Of a stretch of DNA of 36,292 nucleotides, positions 26,806-35,940 are shown one piece after another. The translations under genes and the position numbers were made by a program. The notes under the pieces are model-generated. The model ran no database searches. It worked only from the letters and a program-made list of their open reading frames with translations, and was not told the origin of the DNA. Numbering within the stretch: position 1 is the first letter of the stretch; each line of letters opens with the position of its first letter. The DNA is from Rickettsiales bacterium (GTDB lineage: Bacteria; Pseudomonadota; Alphaproteobacteria; Rickettsiales; UBA1997), in NCBI GenBank assembly GCA_031287725.1, contig JAITSP010000099.1, positions 1 through 36,292 of the forward strand, read 5' to 3'.

Positions 26806-29703
26806 TCAGCGCCGGTTTTCCGAAGGTGATCCAGTCAATCCTCTCCATAGGTGTTCACTGAGGAAAGGGGCGAGGGGGGCTATTGCCCGGGCCATGGTCA
26901 GCAGAACGGAATAGAGCACATTGTAGGCATTCTGCTTGTCAGCATCCTTCTCCGATTTCCAGAATCTATTTCTATTTCTCCTTATGTACCAGTTGTTTAG
27001 AATGTCGAAAAAATTCTCTGCCTCCCGGCAGGCGTTGCCAAAGTTATAGCTATCCATTTCAGTTCTCATCCTCTGGACTGTCTCCCTCAGTTTGGAGAGA
27101 ATGTAAATGTCCATGCTGTTGTCTAGGAGACTATTGCCCTGGGAATAGTCCTTCCCTAGCAGGTCTCTGGCCAGGGCAGTCATTCTGGAGTAGCCAGCTC
27201 CGGCATCTCCGGACTCTCCGCCGCCAGCCATAGCTCTGAAGCCAAGGGTTTCGCAGAAATCTTTGGAGGAGGAGGGCAGGGAAATGTCTATCCTCTCCAC
27301 AGCATCTGTGCCTAGGAGCTTTCCGATGGTATATTTTATGAACTGTCTCAGAGGAGGTCTGTCCCCTAGCTCTCTGCTGGAGGAGAATTTCTCAATTTTC
27401 ACCACAGCACCCTCCGATCTGACTCTAGCGGAGGCCACGGGTCTAGCACGTCTATAGAAAACGTAGTACTCTAGGTCTTTCCCGCCGTCTCTGTGGCCAG
27501 CCTCGGATGGTCTTTCCTCGGCTAGCCCTTCGGCCAGTCTTGAGTCTCTGGCCAGCTGGGCGCCTCTGCCCACTCGGACGGCGAAGAGATCCTCGATCCG
27601 AAGAATATCCTCGGCCTCCAGACTATCGCTGTTGGCATAGAGACAGAAAAAATTGTAGGAATTGAGCACGGGCCTTAGAGCTAGTCTGAGAATTTCCCTC
27701 ATATCCCTCCCATCCTTGCTGATGCGCATCTCCTCACCCTTTAGAGCTGGAGATTTCAGCATTAGCCACCTGATGGCGTCGCTGCCGTAGGTGTCGAAGG
27801 CCTCGAAGGGGTCAACATAGTTTCGTAGCCTCTTAGAGAGTTTTTTCCCATTTTCATCCACTATTGTCCCGAAGGATATGCAGTTTTTGAAGGGATTCCT
27901 GTCGAAGAGAGCTGTCGAAAGGACCAGCAGCGTGTAGAACCAACCCCTCAGCTGGCCATCGCCCTCGGCTATGAAGTCCGCAGGAAAATTATTCTCGAAG
28001 TATTCCCTGTTCTCGAAGGGATAGTGTAGCTGAGCGTAGGGCATGGCTCCGCTCTCAAACCAGCAGTCCAGTACCTCTGGCACCCGGACCATTAGAGATT
28101 TGCCCGTAGGATCGTCGGGATTCCTTCTGGTCAGCCGATCGATGAACGGTCTGTGAAGATTCTTTGGTCTGACCCCAAAATCTCTCTCCAGCTCGTCCAG
28201 AGACCCATAGACATCGATTCTCGGATATTTTGGATCATTACTCTTCCAGAGTGGAATTGGACAACCCCAGAACCTATTTCTGCTGATGGACCACTCCCGA
28301 GCCCCCTCCAGCCATTTCCCGAATCTGCCGTGTTTCACGTGTCCTGGGATCCAGTTTATCAGCTCATTGTTCTCTATGATTTTGTCCCTTATTTTGGGAA
28401 CATCCACAAACCAGGATGACATGGCTCGGTAGATGAGGGGAGTGTCTGTCCTCCAGCAGTGGGGATAGTTGTGCAGGTACTGCTCAGTTTTAAACCAGAG
28501 ATTCTTTTGCTTTAGTTTAGCTATTAGCTGGTCATTGCTGTCGAAGACCTGCTGTCCAGCGTGGTCATAGATTACGTCCGTGAAGCACCCTCCATCGTCC
28601 ACTGGACAGATTGTCGGTATGCCGGCGGCTCTGCAGATCAGCTGATCGTCCTCTCCGAAACCTGGAGCTACGTGGACTATGCAGGTACCCTCCTCCTCCG
28701 TGACAAAATCTCCCCTTAGAATGGTGAAGCATTTTTCGGACCTCTGGACCTCTGGGTTCGACAGGAGGTAGTCGAATAGGGGTCTATAGCTTAGACCCAG
28801 TAGATCATTGCCCCCTAGGACCTTGACAATATTCAGCCTGCCGTCGCCGTCGGCTAATTCTCTCTCGTAGCGGCCGATGGCCTTCTCCCCGATCAGGTAG
28901 AATTCGTCGCCGCGGCGTATCAGAGCGTAGTTTAGAGTTCCGCTAAGGGCCAGAGCCAGGTTAGAGGTTAGTGTCCAGGGGGTTGTGGTCCAGACCAGCA
29001 GGTAGACATTGGTGGCCTCCCAACCCTCCAGAAGCGTTGGCAGCTGCTCCAGCTCGAATTTAGCGGTCACTGCCCTGTCGGCGCGCTCTCTGAAGGAGTT
29101 GTCCATCCTAGTCTCCATATTGGAGAGGGGTGTCTGGCATTTCCAGGAGTAGGGCATGACCCGGTAGTCTTCATAGAGCAGACCCTTCTCGTAGAGTCGC
29201 TTAAAAACCCACATTATCGACTCCATGTAGTCTAGATTCATAGTTCTGTAGCCATTGTCGAAGTCAACCCAGCGGCCAGATCTGTTCACGTATCTCTTCC
29301 ATTCATTCACATATCTTAGCACATCCTCCTGGCAGTAGTTGTTAAATTTCTCTATGCCGTATTCCTCTATAGCCCCTCTACCGGCCAGGCCAAGTGCACT
29401 CTCGGCACTCTGTTCAGCGGGGAGGCCGTGGCAGTCCCAGCCAAATTTCCTCTGGACTCTTTTGCCCATCATGGTCTGATACCTGGCCACCGTGTCCTTG
29501 ATGTAGCCTGCCAGCAGATGGCCGTAGTGGGGTAGTCCATTGGCGAATGGGGGACCATCGAAGAACACAAAATCTCTGTCCCTATTCTTCTCCAGAGAGA
29601 GATCGAATATCTGCCGCTCGTTCCAGAAGGTGAGCACCCGATTCTCGAGATCTCTGGGATCCACATTATTATTCGCTTCCGGATAAAATTTATCTCTATT
29701 CAT
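26806..29703 (-). CDS. ileS: Isoleucyl-tRNA synthetase, type 2, with internal insertion and missing C-terminal domains
   Basis: DGPPFANGLPHYGH, GWDCHGLP, WTTTPWT, APGFGEDD, YPHCWR, WSISRNRFWG, DCWFESG, KLSKR, NNWYIRRNR. The ORF ends at APFLSEHLWRGLTG...; ATG at 29703 preferred. Confidence 0.93.
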   Translation of the reverse strand: MNRDKFYPEANNNVDPRDLENRVLTFWNERQIFDLSLEKNRDRDFVFFDGPPFANGLPHYGHLLAGYIKDTVARYQTMMGKRVQRKFGWDCHGLPAEQSAESALGLAGRGAIEEYGIEKFNNYCQEDVLRYVNEWKRYVNRSGRWVDFDNGYRTMNLDYMESIMWVFKRLYEKGLLYEDYRVMPYSWKCQTPLSNMETRMDNSFRERADRAVTAKFELEQLPTLLEGWEATNVYLLVWTTTPWTLTSNLALALSGTLNYALIRRGDEFYLIGEKAIGRYERELADGDGRLNIVKVLGGNDLLGLSYRPLFDYLLSNPEVQRSEKCFTILRGDFVTEEEGTCIVHVAPGFGEDDQLICRAAGIPTICPVDDGGCFTDVIYDHAGQQVFDSNDQLIAKLKQKNLWFKTEQYLHNYPHCWRTDTPLIYRAMSSWFVDVPKIRDKIIENNELINWIPGHVKHGRFGKWLEGAREWSISRNRFWGCPIPLWKSNDPKYPRIDVYGSLDELERDFGVRPKNLHRPFIDRLTRRNPDDPTGKSLMVRVPEVLDCWFESGAMPYAQLHYPFENREYFENNFPADFIAEGDGQLRGWFYTLLVLSTALFDRNPFKNCISFGTIVDENGKKLSKRLRNYVDPFEAFDTYGSDAIRWLMLKSPALKGEEMRISKDGRDMREILRLALRPVLNSYNFFCLYANSDSLEAEDILRIEDLFAVRVGRGAQLARDSRLAEGLAEERPSEAGHRDGGKDLEYYVFYRRARPVASARVRSEGAVVKIEKFSSSRELGDRPPLRQFIKYTIGKLLGTDAVERIDISLPSSSKDFCETLGFRAMAGGGESGDAGAGYSRMTALARDLLGKDYSQGNSLLDNSMDIYILSKLRETVQRMRTEMDSYNFGNACREAENFFDILNNWYIRRNRNRFWKSEKDADKQNAYNVLYSVLLTMARAIAPLAPFLSEHLWRGLTGSPSENRR

Positions 29704-30012
29704 AGCCCAAAATAAAAGCACCAGTGACTGGGATTGTACCGACTCATTCTATTTAGTCAATCAGGCCGGCACGCCTTCTCCGCCAGAGGCCGGTGCCATC
29801 CTGGCCATCCAAAAATCTGGGACCCAACTTCCCTCAGATGTCTCTGGATATGCGCATTGCCAGCGGGCTGAGCACTGGCCAGGAAATAGCTGGCTTCCCA
29901 GCCAATTTTTGATTTAATAATTCTTTTGTATAGGTCCAATTAACCAAATAGCTGACATAAAAAACAATCGTCCGGAGGCCTATTTTTCCCATCTATGTAT
30001 GGACCTGTGCAA

Positions 30013-31404
30013 TCATAGGCCCCTGACAATCCTCCGAAATTCATCCCCAAGAGATTCATAGTAGCTACTATTCATCCTGTCACTATGGATTGGACTGATC
30101 ACTAGGGCAGACTCCTCCTCCTCTCTTCTCTCGCTGTCTATGATATCGCCAATGGCAGCGACAGCCTCTCGGATGTCCTTTGCCTTTTTCACAGTTAGTT
30201 CTCCGAATTCTGCAGCATCGAGGTCGAACATGTCGAAGGCGTCTATCAGAAAAACCGATTTTAGCTTGTCTCTGTAGTCCCTAGGTCTAATCATGGCTTC
30301 TCCCACCCTGCCATTGGCTAGGAAGATGGCGTGTATGGCGTTATACATGTCAAAGGGGGATTCTAGGATATCCATAGTCTCGGCGCAGACGTTATTTATA
30401 AATATAACACCATCGCTCTGCCGGACACACTCCATTCTGCCAGCTGTCCCCTGGAAAAACCTCAGAGCGGTCGTCACGGCCAGAGGATCTAGGCCAAATC
30501 TGGTGGCTGCTACAAAGGATGAGAGAATGGACAGTTTATTTATTTTACTTCCGACCAGTCTGTCATTTGTGAGATCATGGGAAGAGTTCGAATCATAGTA
30601 GTTATATATTGTCTCATTAACATAGGAATAGCCGTTTTCAATCATTTTATCCGTGGACAGAGGGATTAGGACGGTGCTGCCGCTGCCAAACCTTGGACCA
30701 TTCCAAAACTCTCTGGAGCCCTCGTCATCCAGATTTATGATGGCTATGCCGGTCATGGCCTGCTTTGACAGAAACCTCTCGACATCCGCCGTACTCTGCC
30801 CCTCCGCTCCGAGGCTGAGGATCGCCACTATGTCAAAGTCGATGTTTCCCAGGTATTCCAGAATCTGCCCGGTCAGGTTCATGAGAAATAGGTTGTCTCC
30901 CTGTAGATTCAGGCCTCCGTCCGACTCATCTCTGCCTATTTCTGGCAAATTCATCTCGGATGGTAGCAAAATCGCCCGGCGGGGGCTATTTTCGAATATG
31001 CAGTCCAGAGCGCCGTGGACTATTTTTGCATAGCTATCTCCCACAATGGCCATGAGTCTACTGCCATGGAATAGAATCTTGACAATCTCTATGTCCAGGA
31101 AGACTTTACCCTCCAGTTTTTTGATCCTCCGGCCAAAGCGCTCCATGAACTCCTCATCCCCGGAAAACAATTTTTGACTTAGGATCAGACAGTCGACCGA
31201 CTCCAGAGGATAGCTATCTATGTCCTCCAGAGCCGTCAGCGTACTGTTTATAAATCTCCGGTAGACTCCACTGTCTCTGTCCCCATCCCAGAAAAATACG
31301 CTATTGCCAAAGCCCTCTAGGGCTTTTCCTAGAGCTAGGCCCACATCGTCGGTCCCGAGCACCAGCACGGTGCTTCCGCCGCTCCTCAAATCATTAACCA
31401 GCAT
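30013..31404 (-). CDS. MurD-like Mur-ligase-fold protein with degenerate active-site motifs
   Basis: VLVLGTDDVGLAL (cf. GLG.SG), DCLILSQ (cf. D.lv.SPG), LDIEI, AIVGDSYAKIV (cf. AITGTNGKSTT), AIINLDD, FQGTAGRMECV (cf. F.GL.HRLE), FINNVCAET (cf. FINDSKATN), LVISP. Confidence 0.72.
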   Translation of the reverse strand: MLVNDLRSGGSTVLVLGTDDVGLALGKALEGFGNSVFFWDGDRDSGVYRRFINSTLTALEDIDSYPLESVDCLILSQKLFSGDEEFMERFGRRIKKLEGKVFLDIEIVKILFHGSRLMAIVGDSYAKIVHGALDCIFENSPRRAILLPSEMNLPEIGRDESDGGLNLQGDNLFLMNLTGQILEYLGNIDFDIVAILSLGAEGQSTADVERFLSKQAMTGIAIINLDDEGSREFWNGPRFGSGSTVLIPLSTDKMIENGYSYVNETIYNYYDSNSSHDLTNDRLVGSKINKLSILSSFVAATRFGLDPLAVTTALRFFQGTAGRMECVRQSDGVIFINNVCAETMDILESPFDMYNAIHAIFLANGRVGEAMIRPRDYRDKLKSVFLIDAFDMFDLDAAEFGELTVKKAKDIREAVAAIGDIIDSERREEEESALVISPIHSDRMNSSYYESLGDEFRRIVRGL

Positions 31405-31421
31405 TCCAAACCAATAGTATG

Positions 31422-32264
31422 TTAAAGATCATTGATAAAATTATCTAACTCTTCCAGAGAATGGAACTTTATGTTCACCGTACCACTGTCACTCTCCTCG
31501 CTGTAGTTTATTCTGCAGCTCATTTTAATTTTTCTAGACAATTCCTTTGCCCTGTCCCCCAGGGATTTTGAGGCTGTTGGCCTTGGCTCCCCTCCAGATT
31601 TTGAATCTTTCAAATTTGTGTTTTTCACGAGGTTTTCCACCTCCCTCACGGACATGCCATTCTCCACAATCTTCTCCGCGATTGCTTCGGCCTGGGGGCA
31701 GCCGACGAGGGCCCTCGCGTGGCCCATTTCCAGCTTCCCCTCCTCAACCCGCCTCTGGACGGCGTCGGGCAGACTCAGCAGCCTCAGCAGATTTGCTATG
31801 TGGCTCCTACTCTTACCCATCACAGCGGACAGATCCTGCTGGCTGTAGCCACGCTCGTCGATCAGGTGTCTGTAGGCTAGAGCCTCCTCTATAGGGTTCA
31901 GATTTTTCCTCTGCACGTTCTCAACGACGCTCAGGCTGAAAATCTCTTTCTCATCGAAATCCTTGACTATCGCTGGGATGGTTTTCAGGTTTGCCATCCT
32001 AGCCGACCTATACCTTCGCTCACCAGCAATTATCTCGTATCTATCCCCCTCAACCCTTCGGACCAGGATCGGCTGCAGGATTCCATATTTTTCTATGGAT
32101 CCTGCCAACTCCCTTAGGTCCTCCTCATTGAAATCTCTGCGGGGCTGGTTACCTCTGGTCACCACATCATCCAGTGCGATCTCGGTCTTCAGGTTTATGA
32201 TGGAGAGGTTCTTCTCACCCAGCAGGGAGGACAGACCCCTGGCCAATTTCTTATTTTCTAGCAT
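31422..32264 (-). CDS. parB: Chromosome partitioning protein ParB
   Basis: NQPRRDF, GILQPILVR, IIAGERRYR, ENVQRKNLNPIEEA, HTH GKSRSHIANLLRLL, MGHARAL. Confidence 0.97.
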   Translation of the reverse strand: MLENKKLARGLSSLLGEKNLSIINLKTEIALDDVVTRGNQPRRDFNEEDLRELAGSIEKYGILQPILVRRVEGDRYEIIAGERRYRSARMANLKTIPAIVKDFDEKEIFSLSVVENVQRKNLNPIEEALAYRHLIDERGYSQQDLSAVMGKSRSHIANLLRLLSLPDAVQRRVEEGKLEMGHARALVGCPQAEAIAEKIVENGMSVREVENLVKNTNLKDSKSGGEPRPTASKSLGDRAKELSRKIKMSCRINYSEESDSGTVNIKFHSLEELDNFINDL

Positions 32265-33021
32265 ATCTGGCTACCAGCTCCTCTATAAAATCGATGTAGG
32301 CCACCGAACCAGCACAGCTTTGGTCGTAGACTATGGCCGGAATTCCGAAGGAGGTTGACTCGGCGAGTTTCACATTCCTCGGTATGACGTTTTTGTAAAC
32401 TAGATTGCCCAGACAACCGCGAACATCCTTTTCTACCTGATCCGTCAGTCTATTCCTTCTGTCGTACATAGTCAATAGGATGCCATCTATGGACAAATCG
32501 CCGTTAAAATTTACCTTCACCCGCTCCGCTATTTCCAGCAGATGGCTTAGTCCCTCCAGAGCAAAAAACTCACACTGGAGGGGGATGAGAATCGAATCCG
32601 AGGCTACCAGAGAATTTACAGTGAGTAGTCCCAGAGATGGCGGACAGTCTATGAGCACATAGTCATAGTTTTCCCTCGTTTCCCTCAACTTTTCCCGGAG
32701 CAAATACTCCCTCCCCTCAATTTTCACCGCCTCCATTTCAAAGGCTGCCAGATTCATATCTGATACCGCTATGTCCAAATTATCTATCCTAGTCTTTTTT
32801 ATAGAGCCATTGATGTCTGCCCCGTCTCTGAGGACATCGTATATGGTGTCTCCCCTAGCCCCTAGCTCTATGCCTAGACCCGAACTCATGTTGCCCTGGG
32901 GATCGAAGTCCACAGCCAACACCCTGTTGCCTAGAGCGACCAGACCGGCGCTAACGTTCAGTGCCGTGGTGGTTTTTCCCACTCCTCCCTTCTGGTTTAC
33001 GATCGATATTACCTTTCCCAT
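32251..33021 (-). CDS. parA: Chromosome partitioning ATPase ParA/Soj
   Basis: NQKGGVGKTTT, DFDPQGN, IDCPPSLGLLT, PLQCEFFALEGL, IPRNVKLAE. Confidence 0.97.
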   Translation of the reverse strand: MGKVISIVNQKGGVGKTTTALNVSAGLVALGNRVLAVDFDPQGNMSSGLGIELGARGDTIYDVLRDGADINGSIKKTRIDNLDIAVSDMNLAAFEMEAVKIEGREYLLREKLRETRENYDYVLIDCPPSLGLLTVNSLVASDSILIPLQCEFFALEGLSHLLEIAERVKVNFNGDLSIDGILLTMYDRRNRLTDQVEKDVRGCLGNLVYKNVIPRNVKLAESTSFGIPAIVYDQSCAGSVAYIDFIEELVARYARK

Positions 33022-33030
33022 AGATAGCCA

Positions 33031-33046
33031 TGTTCCACGTGGAACA
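33031..33046. promoter_or_regulatory. parS: parS centromere site
   Basis: Perfect 16-bp palindrome TGTTCCACGTGGAACA matching the parS consensus TGTTNCACGTGNAACA, 9 bp upstream of the parA ATG. Confidence 0.93.
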
Positions 33047-33184
33047 TTTTCCTAAAATATTCAGCTGAATTCATTGTACAATACAATTTAGATTATTTCA
33101 ACATGATTTTGCAGAGATTTCGTATTGAATATTATCATCCATCCTCTATAGGTTAGTCATAAACTTGACCACTAGGAGTTACCT

Positions 33185-34378
33185 ATGTTTAAAAGTATAG
33201 AAGATTGCAAAGTAAAAGATAGGGTAGTTTTTCTCAGAGCAGATCTAAACGTACCTATAAAAAATGGCGAAATTCTGGACGACACCAGAATCAGAGCTAC
33301 CATCCCCACCATAATCTACCTGACTGAAAATGGCGCCAAGGTGGTTTTGGCGAGCCATCTGGGTAAAGCCTCGGGCAAGGGCTTCGAAAAGGAGTTTTCT
33401 CTGGAGATTGTTCTGGAGAGGCTAAGGCAACTTTTGCCCACCCTGAAGTTTTACTATTCCAGGGATTGCATTGGTCCTGGGGCAAAGAAGATTATAGAGG
33501 ACGCACCCTGGGGCAGCGTTGTGCTGCTGGAAAACCTGAGATTCCACAGAGAAGAGGAGGAAAACGGAGAGGCATTTGCTCGGGAACTAGCTGGTCTGGC
33601 CGACATATATGTTAATGACGCCTTTTCCACCTGCCACAGAAAACACGCATCCATGGTGGGCATTCCGGCTTTGCTCGAATCCTACGGGGGTATCAATCTG
33701 ATCTACGAGCTGGATAACCTCACGAGACTCGTCTCCAACCCGAAGAGGCCACTGGCGGTGATCGTTGGAGGTTCGAAGATCTCTACAAAGCTGGAATTGC
33801 TGAGGGCATTGGTCAGGAAGTCTGACTATCTGGTGGTTGGTGGCGGAATAGCAAATACCTTTCTATTCGCCCAGGGAGTGGAGGTTGGCGCCTCTCTAAG
33901 GGAGGAGGAACTCAGGGGTGAGGCTCTAGCCCTAGTGGCCGAGGCAGAGAGAAGCAACTGTAGAGTCCTACTGCCAGTCGATGTGGTGGTTACGGACAGG
34001 GTCACTGAAAATCCACGGACAGAAGTCAAGGACACTAGGAACCTAGCTTCCCATGACATAATAGCCGATTTTGGTCCCAGAACCCTGAGTCTAGTGGAAA
34101 ATAGTCTGGGCCTCTGCAAAACTATCATCTGGAATGGCCCTCTGGGTATATACGAAATCTCTCCCTTCGACAGGGGAACAAATTCTATCGCCAAATTCAT
34201 AGCCGCCGAGACCTCCCAGGGCAGAGTTGAATCTGTGGCTGGCGGTGGAGATATCCTGGCCGCGCTGGCCAAAGCCTCCGTCTATGATAAATTCACCTAT
34301 CTCACTACGGCTGGTGGGGCTTTTCTGCAGTGGCTCGAGAGGGGCATCCTGCCTGCCATAGAAAAGCTAAAGAGCTAG
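33185..34378 (+). CDS. pgk: Phosphoglycerate kinase
   Basis: RADLNVP, DDTRI, ASHLG, LLENLRF, VNDAF..CHR.HAS, GGSKISTK, WNGPLG, AGGGD, TAGGAFL. Shine-Dalgarno AGGAG upstream. Confidence 0.97.
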   Translation: MFKSIEDCKVKDRVVFLRADLNVPIKNGEILDDTRIRATIPTIIYLTENGAKVVLASHLGKASGKGFEKEFSLEIVLERLRQLLPTLKFYYSRDCIGPGAKKIIEDAPWGSVVLLENLRFHREEEENGEAFARELAGLADIYVNDAFSTCHRKHASMVGIPALLESYGGINLIYELDNLTRLVSNPKRPLAVIVGGSKISTKLELLRALVRKSDYLVVGGGIANTFLFAQGVEVGASLREEELRGEALALVAEAERSNCRVLLPVDVVVTDRVTENPRTEVKDTRNLASHDIIADFGPRTLSLVENSLGLCKTIIWNGPLGIYEISPFDRGTNSIAKFIAAETSQGRVESVAGGGDILAALAKASVYDKFTYLTTAGGAFLQWLERGILPAIEKLKS

Positions 34379-34578
34379 TGCTCGGGCTGTGGTCCCGCTA
34401 CAAATTAGGTTTCAACTGGCCTCTTCTCCCCGTGGAGAGGCCAGCCAGGTGGTGGAGAAGTATCAAAACAATTTCACATTCGGCCTAATCTGTGGTGGGG
34501 CCACCAGCTCAGCAACTCCGACCCGGCCAGAGCACAAAAATACAGTGCCATTGGTGGCGGAACCAATAGGAATTTGAA

Positions 34579-35928
34579 CTAGGATTTGGACTTCGGTGAC
34601 ACTCCAGTGGTAATAGAGCCACCCAGAGCATTCGCAGCCATTCCAAGGGCGGTGGCTTTTTCCTGGTCGGTCTTCTCTAGAGGACTTTTCCACTTGGCCA
34701 ACAGATTCTCAGCTACTGCCATTTCTTTCTCTAGAGTGTTATGCCTCTCCTCCTCGCTCTTGCCCAGCCAAAATTTCTTTTTAGCCATATGGGCTATCGC
34801 AGCGGCAGGTGTCAACCTTAGCGGGGCGTTGAGTGTACAGCACTGCATGATCAGTTCTCCAACAGTTTGGTCCAGACCTTCTCCTATTGCCTTTTCCACT
34901 TTTGCCCTGACAAAGGCATCCCACTTTGCCAAACCACTCTCTCCTTCACTGACACAGAACAAAATTTTAAACCCGGGGCTTCCTGGCCAGGTCGCAACTT
35001 CTGGTTCCTCGAACCAGAGGCCTCCGCAGGTGAATACTTCAAAAAGCGTCAATCCAAGAGAGAACATGTCAATTTTCCTCGAATCTATAGACACATCGTT
35101 CCTGATTGTCTCTGGGGCCTTGTAGGCCATTGTTCCCTGGCCAATGCCACCGAGCCCCTCTGCAAGATCACTCCTACTCTCAGGAAAGGCGCTAGAGGGG
35201 CGAATAAAACCCTCCTCCCCCTCCATCCTAGTCCTAGAGAGAGCCACCGCCGTAGACCAGTCACCAATTTTGATGATAGGAACTCCTGCCACATCCATCG
35301 CCACAAGCAGATTGCTTGGCTTTAGATCAAGGTTAAGCAGTTGACAAAAGCTTTTCTCCCCAGAATCTTCTCCTGACTGGAGGTTCTCTAGTCTCCGCAG
35401 CGTCTCAAACAGTCCGCAGACATTGCACTCCATCGACAAAATGGCCCTGGCCACATCCCGTGGCATGGCGCTAAGGCTTCCCAGTTCGCAGCATTCGGAC
35501 ACACTCAAACCAACCCCAAACAGGCCACTGCCCATGGGGTCGCGGTGAATATCACCATAGCTAAATATTCTAACCAGATTAGTGAACTCAAGAGGACAGA
35601 CAGGACCAGTGATTCCCTTCCACAGACTCTCATAGTAGAGGATGTCGCTAGACCACTCCCCACTCCACCAGCCAGTCATCTGGGAAAAGAGCGACACCTT
35701 CAGCACCACATCTTTCTGCAATTTTTTACTGAAAACCCGATAGGCACAACCATAGGAGCCCCTACCGATCTCCCTAGCATCGCTACCATTAATCCGCAGA
35801 GCACCGGAGGCAGGATGAAATTCAACCTCAGAAATCTCATCATCCCCGAAACTGGTCCCACACTCAAACTTTAATATATGCCCGACTCTTTCCTTTATCA
35901 GAAGTAACCCTTCATTTTTTTCAGACAT
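34579..35928 (-). CDS. Hanks-type (eukaryote-like) Ser/Thr protein kinase
   Basis: IGRGSYGCAY (Gly loop), VVLKV, NLDLKPSNLL (catalytic loop), KIGDWS, GTMAYKAPE, DMFSLG, RLTP. ATG 35928 has GAGGG upstream and is preferred over TTG 36027. Confidence 0.88.
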   Translation of the reverse strand: MSEKNEGLLLIKERVGHILKFECGTSFGDDEISEVEFHPASGALRINGSDAREIGRGSYGCAYRVFSKKLQKDVVLKVSLFSQMTGWWSGEWSSDILYYESLWKGITGPVCPLEFTNLVRIFSYGDIHRDPMGSGLFGVGLSVSECCELGSLSAMPRDVARAILSMECNVCGLFETLRRLENLQSGEDSGEKSFCQLLNLDLKPSNLLVAMDVAGVPIIKIGDWSTAVALSRTRMEGEEGFIRPSSAFPESRSDLAEGLGGIGQGTMAYKAPETIRNDVSIDSRKIDMFSLGLTLFEVFTCGGLWFEEPEVATWPGSPGFKILFCVSEGESGLAKWDAFVRAKVEKAIGEGLDQTVGELIMQCCTLNAPLRLTPAAAIAHMAKKKFWLGKSEEERHNTLEKEMAVAENLLAKWKSPLEKTDQEKATALGMAANALGGSITTGVSPKSKS

Positions 35929-35940
35929 AATATCCCTCAA

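Noticed and set aside
26731-26808. Stop-codon readthrough or selenocysteine recoding at the ileS TGA stimulated by the hairpin
   Set aside because: Readthrough adds only ~24 residues (GAEISMALAEGRGNRPSANAPWSS) before TAA, and the remaining spacer is too short to encode the missing domains.
26580-26861. 93-aa + strand ORF spanning the hairpin
   Set aside because: Overlaps the ileS end in antisense, covers the AT-rich promoter region of the AsmA-like gene, and has no protein-like features.
28331-28346. parS-like TGTTTCACGTGTCCTG inside ileS
   Set aside because: Only the left 11 bases match, it is not palindromic, and it is explained by the conserved peptide PGHVKHG.
29704-30012. T-box leader or small ORF upstream of ileS
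   Set aside because: No T-box consensus (GGTGGNACCGCG) seen on the minus strand, and the 60-aa TTG ORF has no support.
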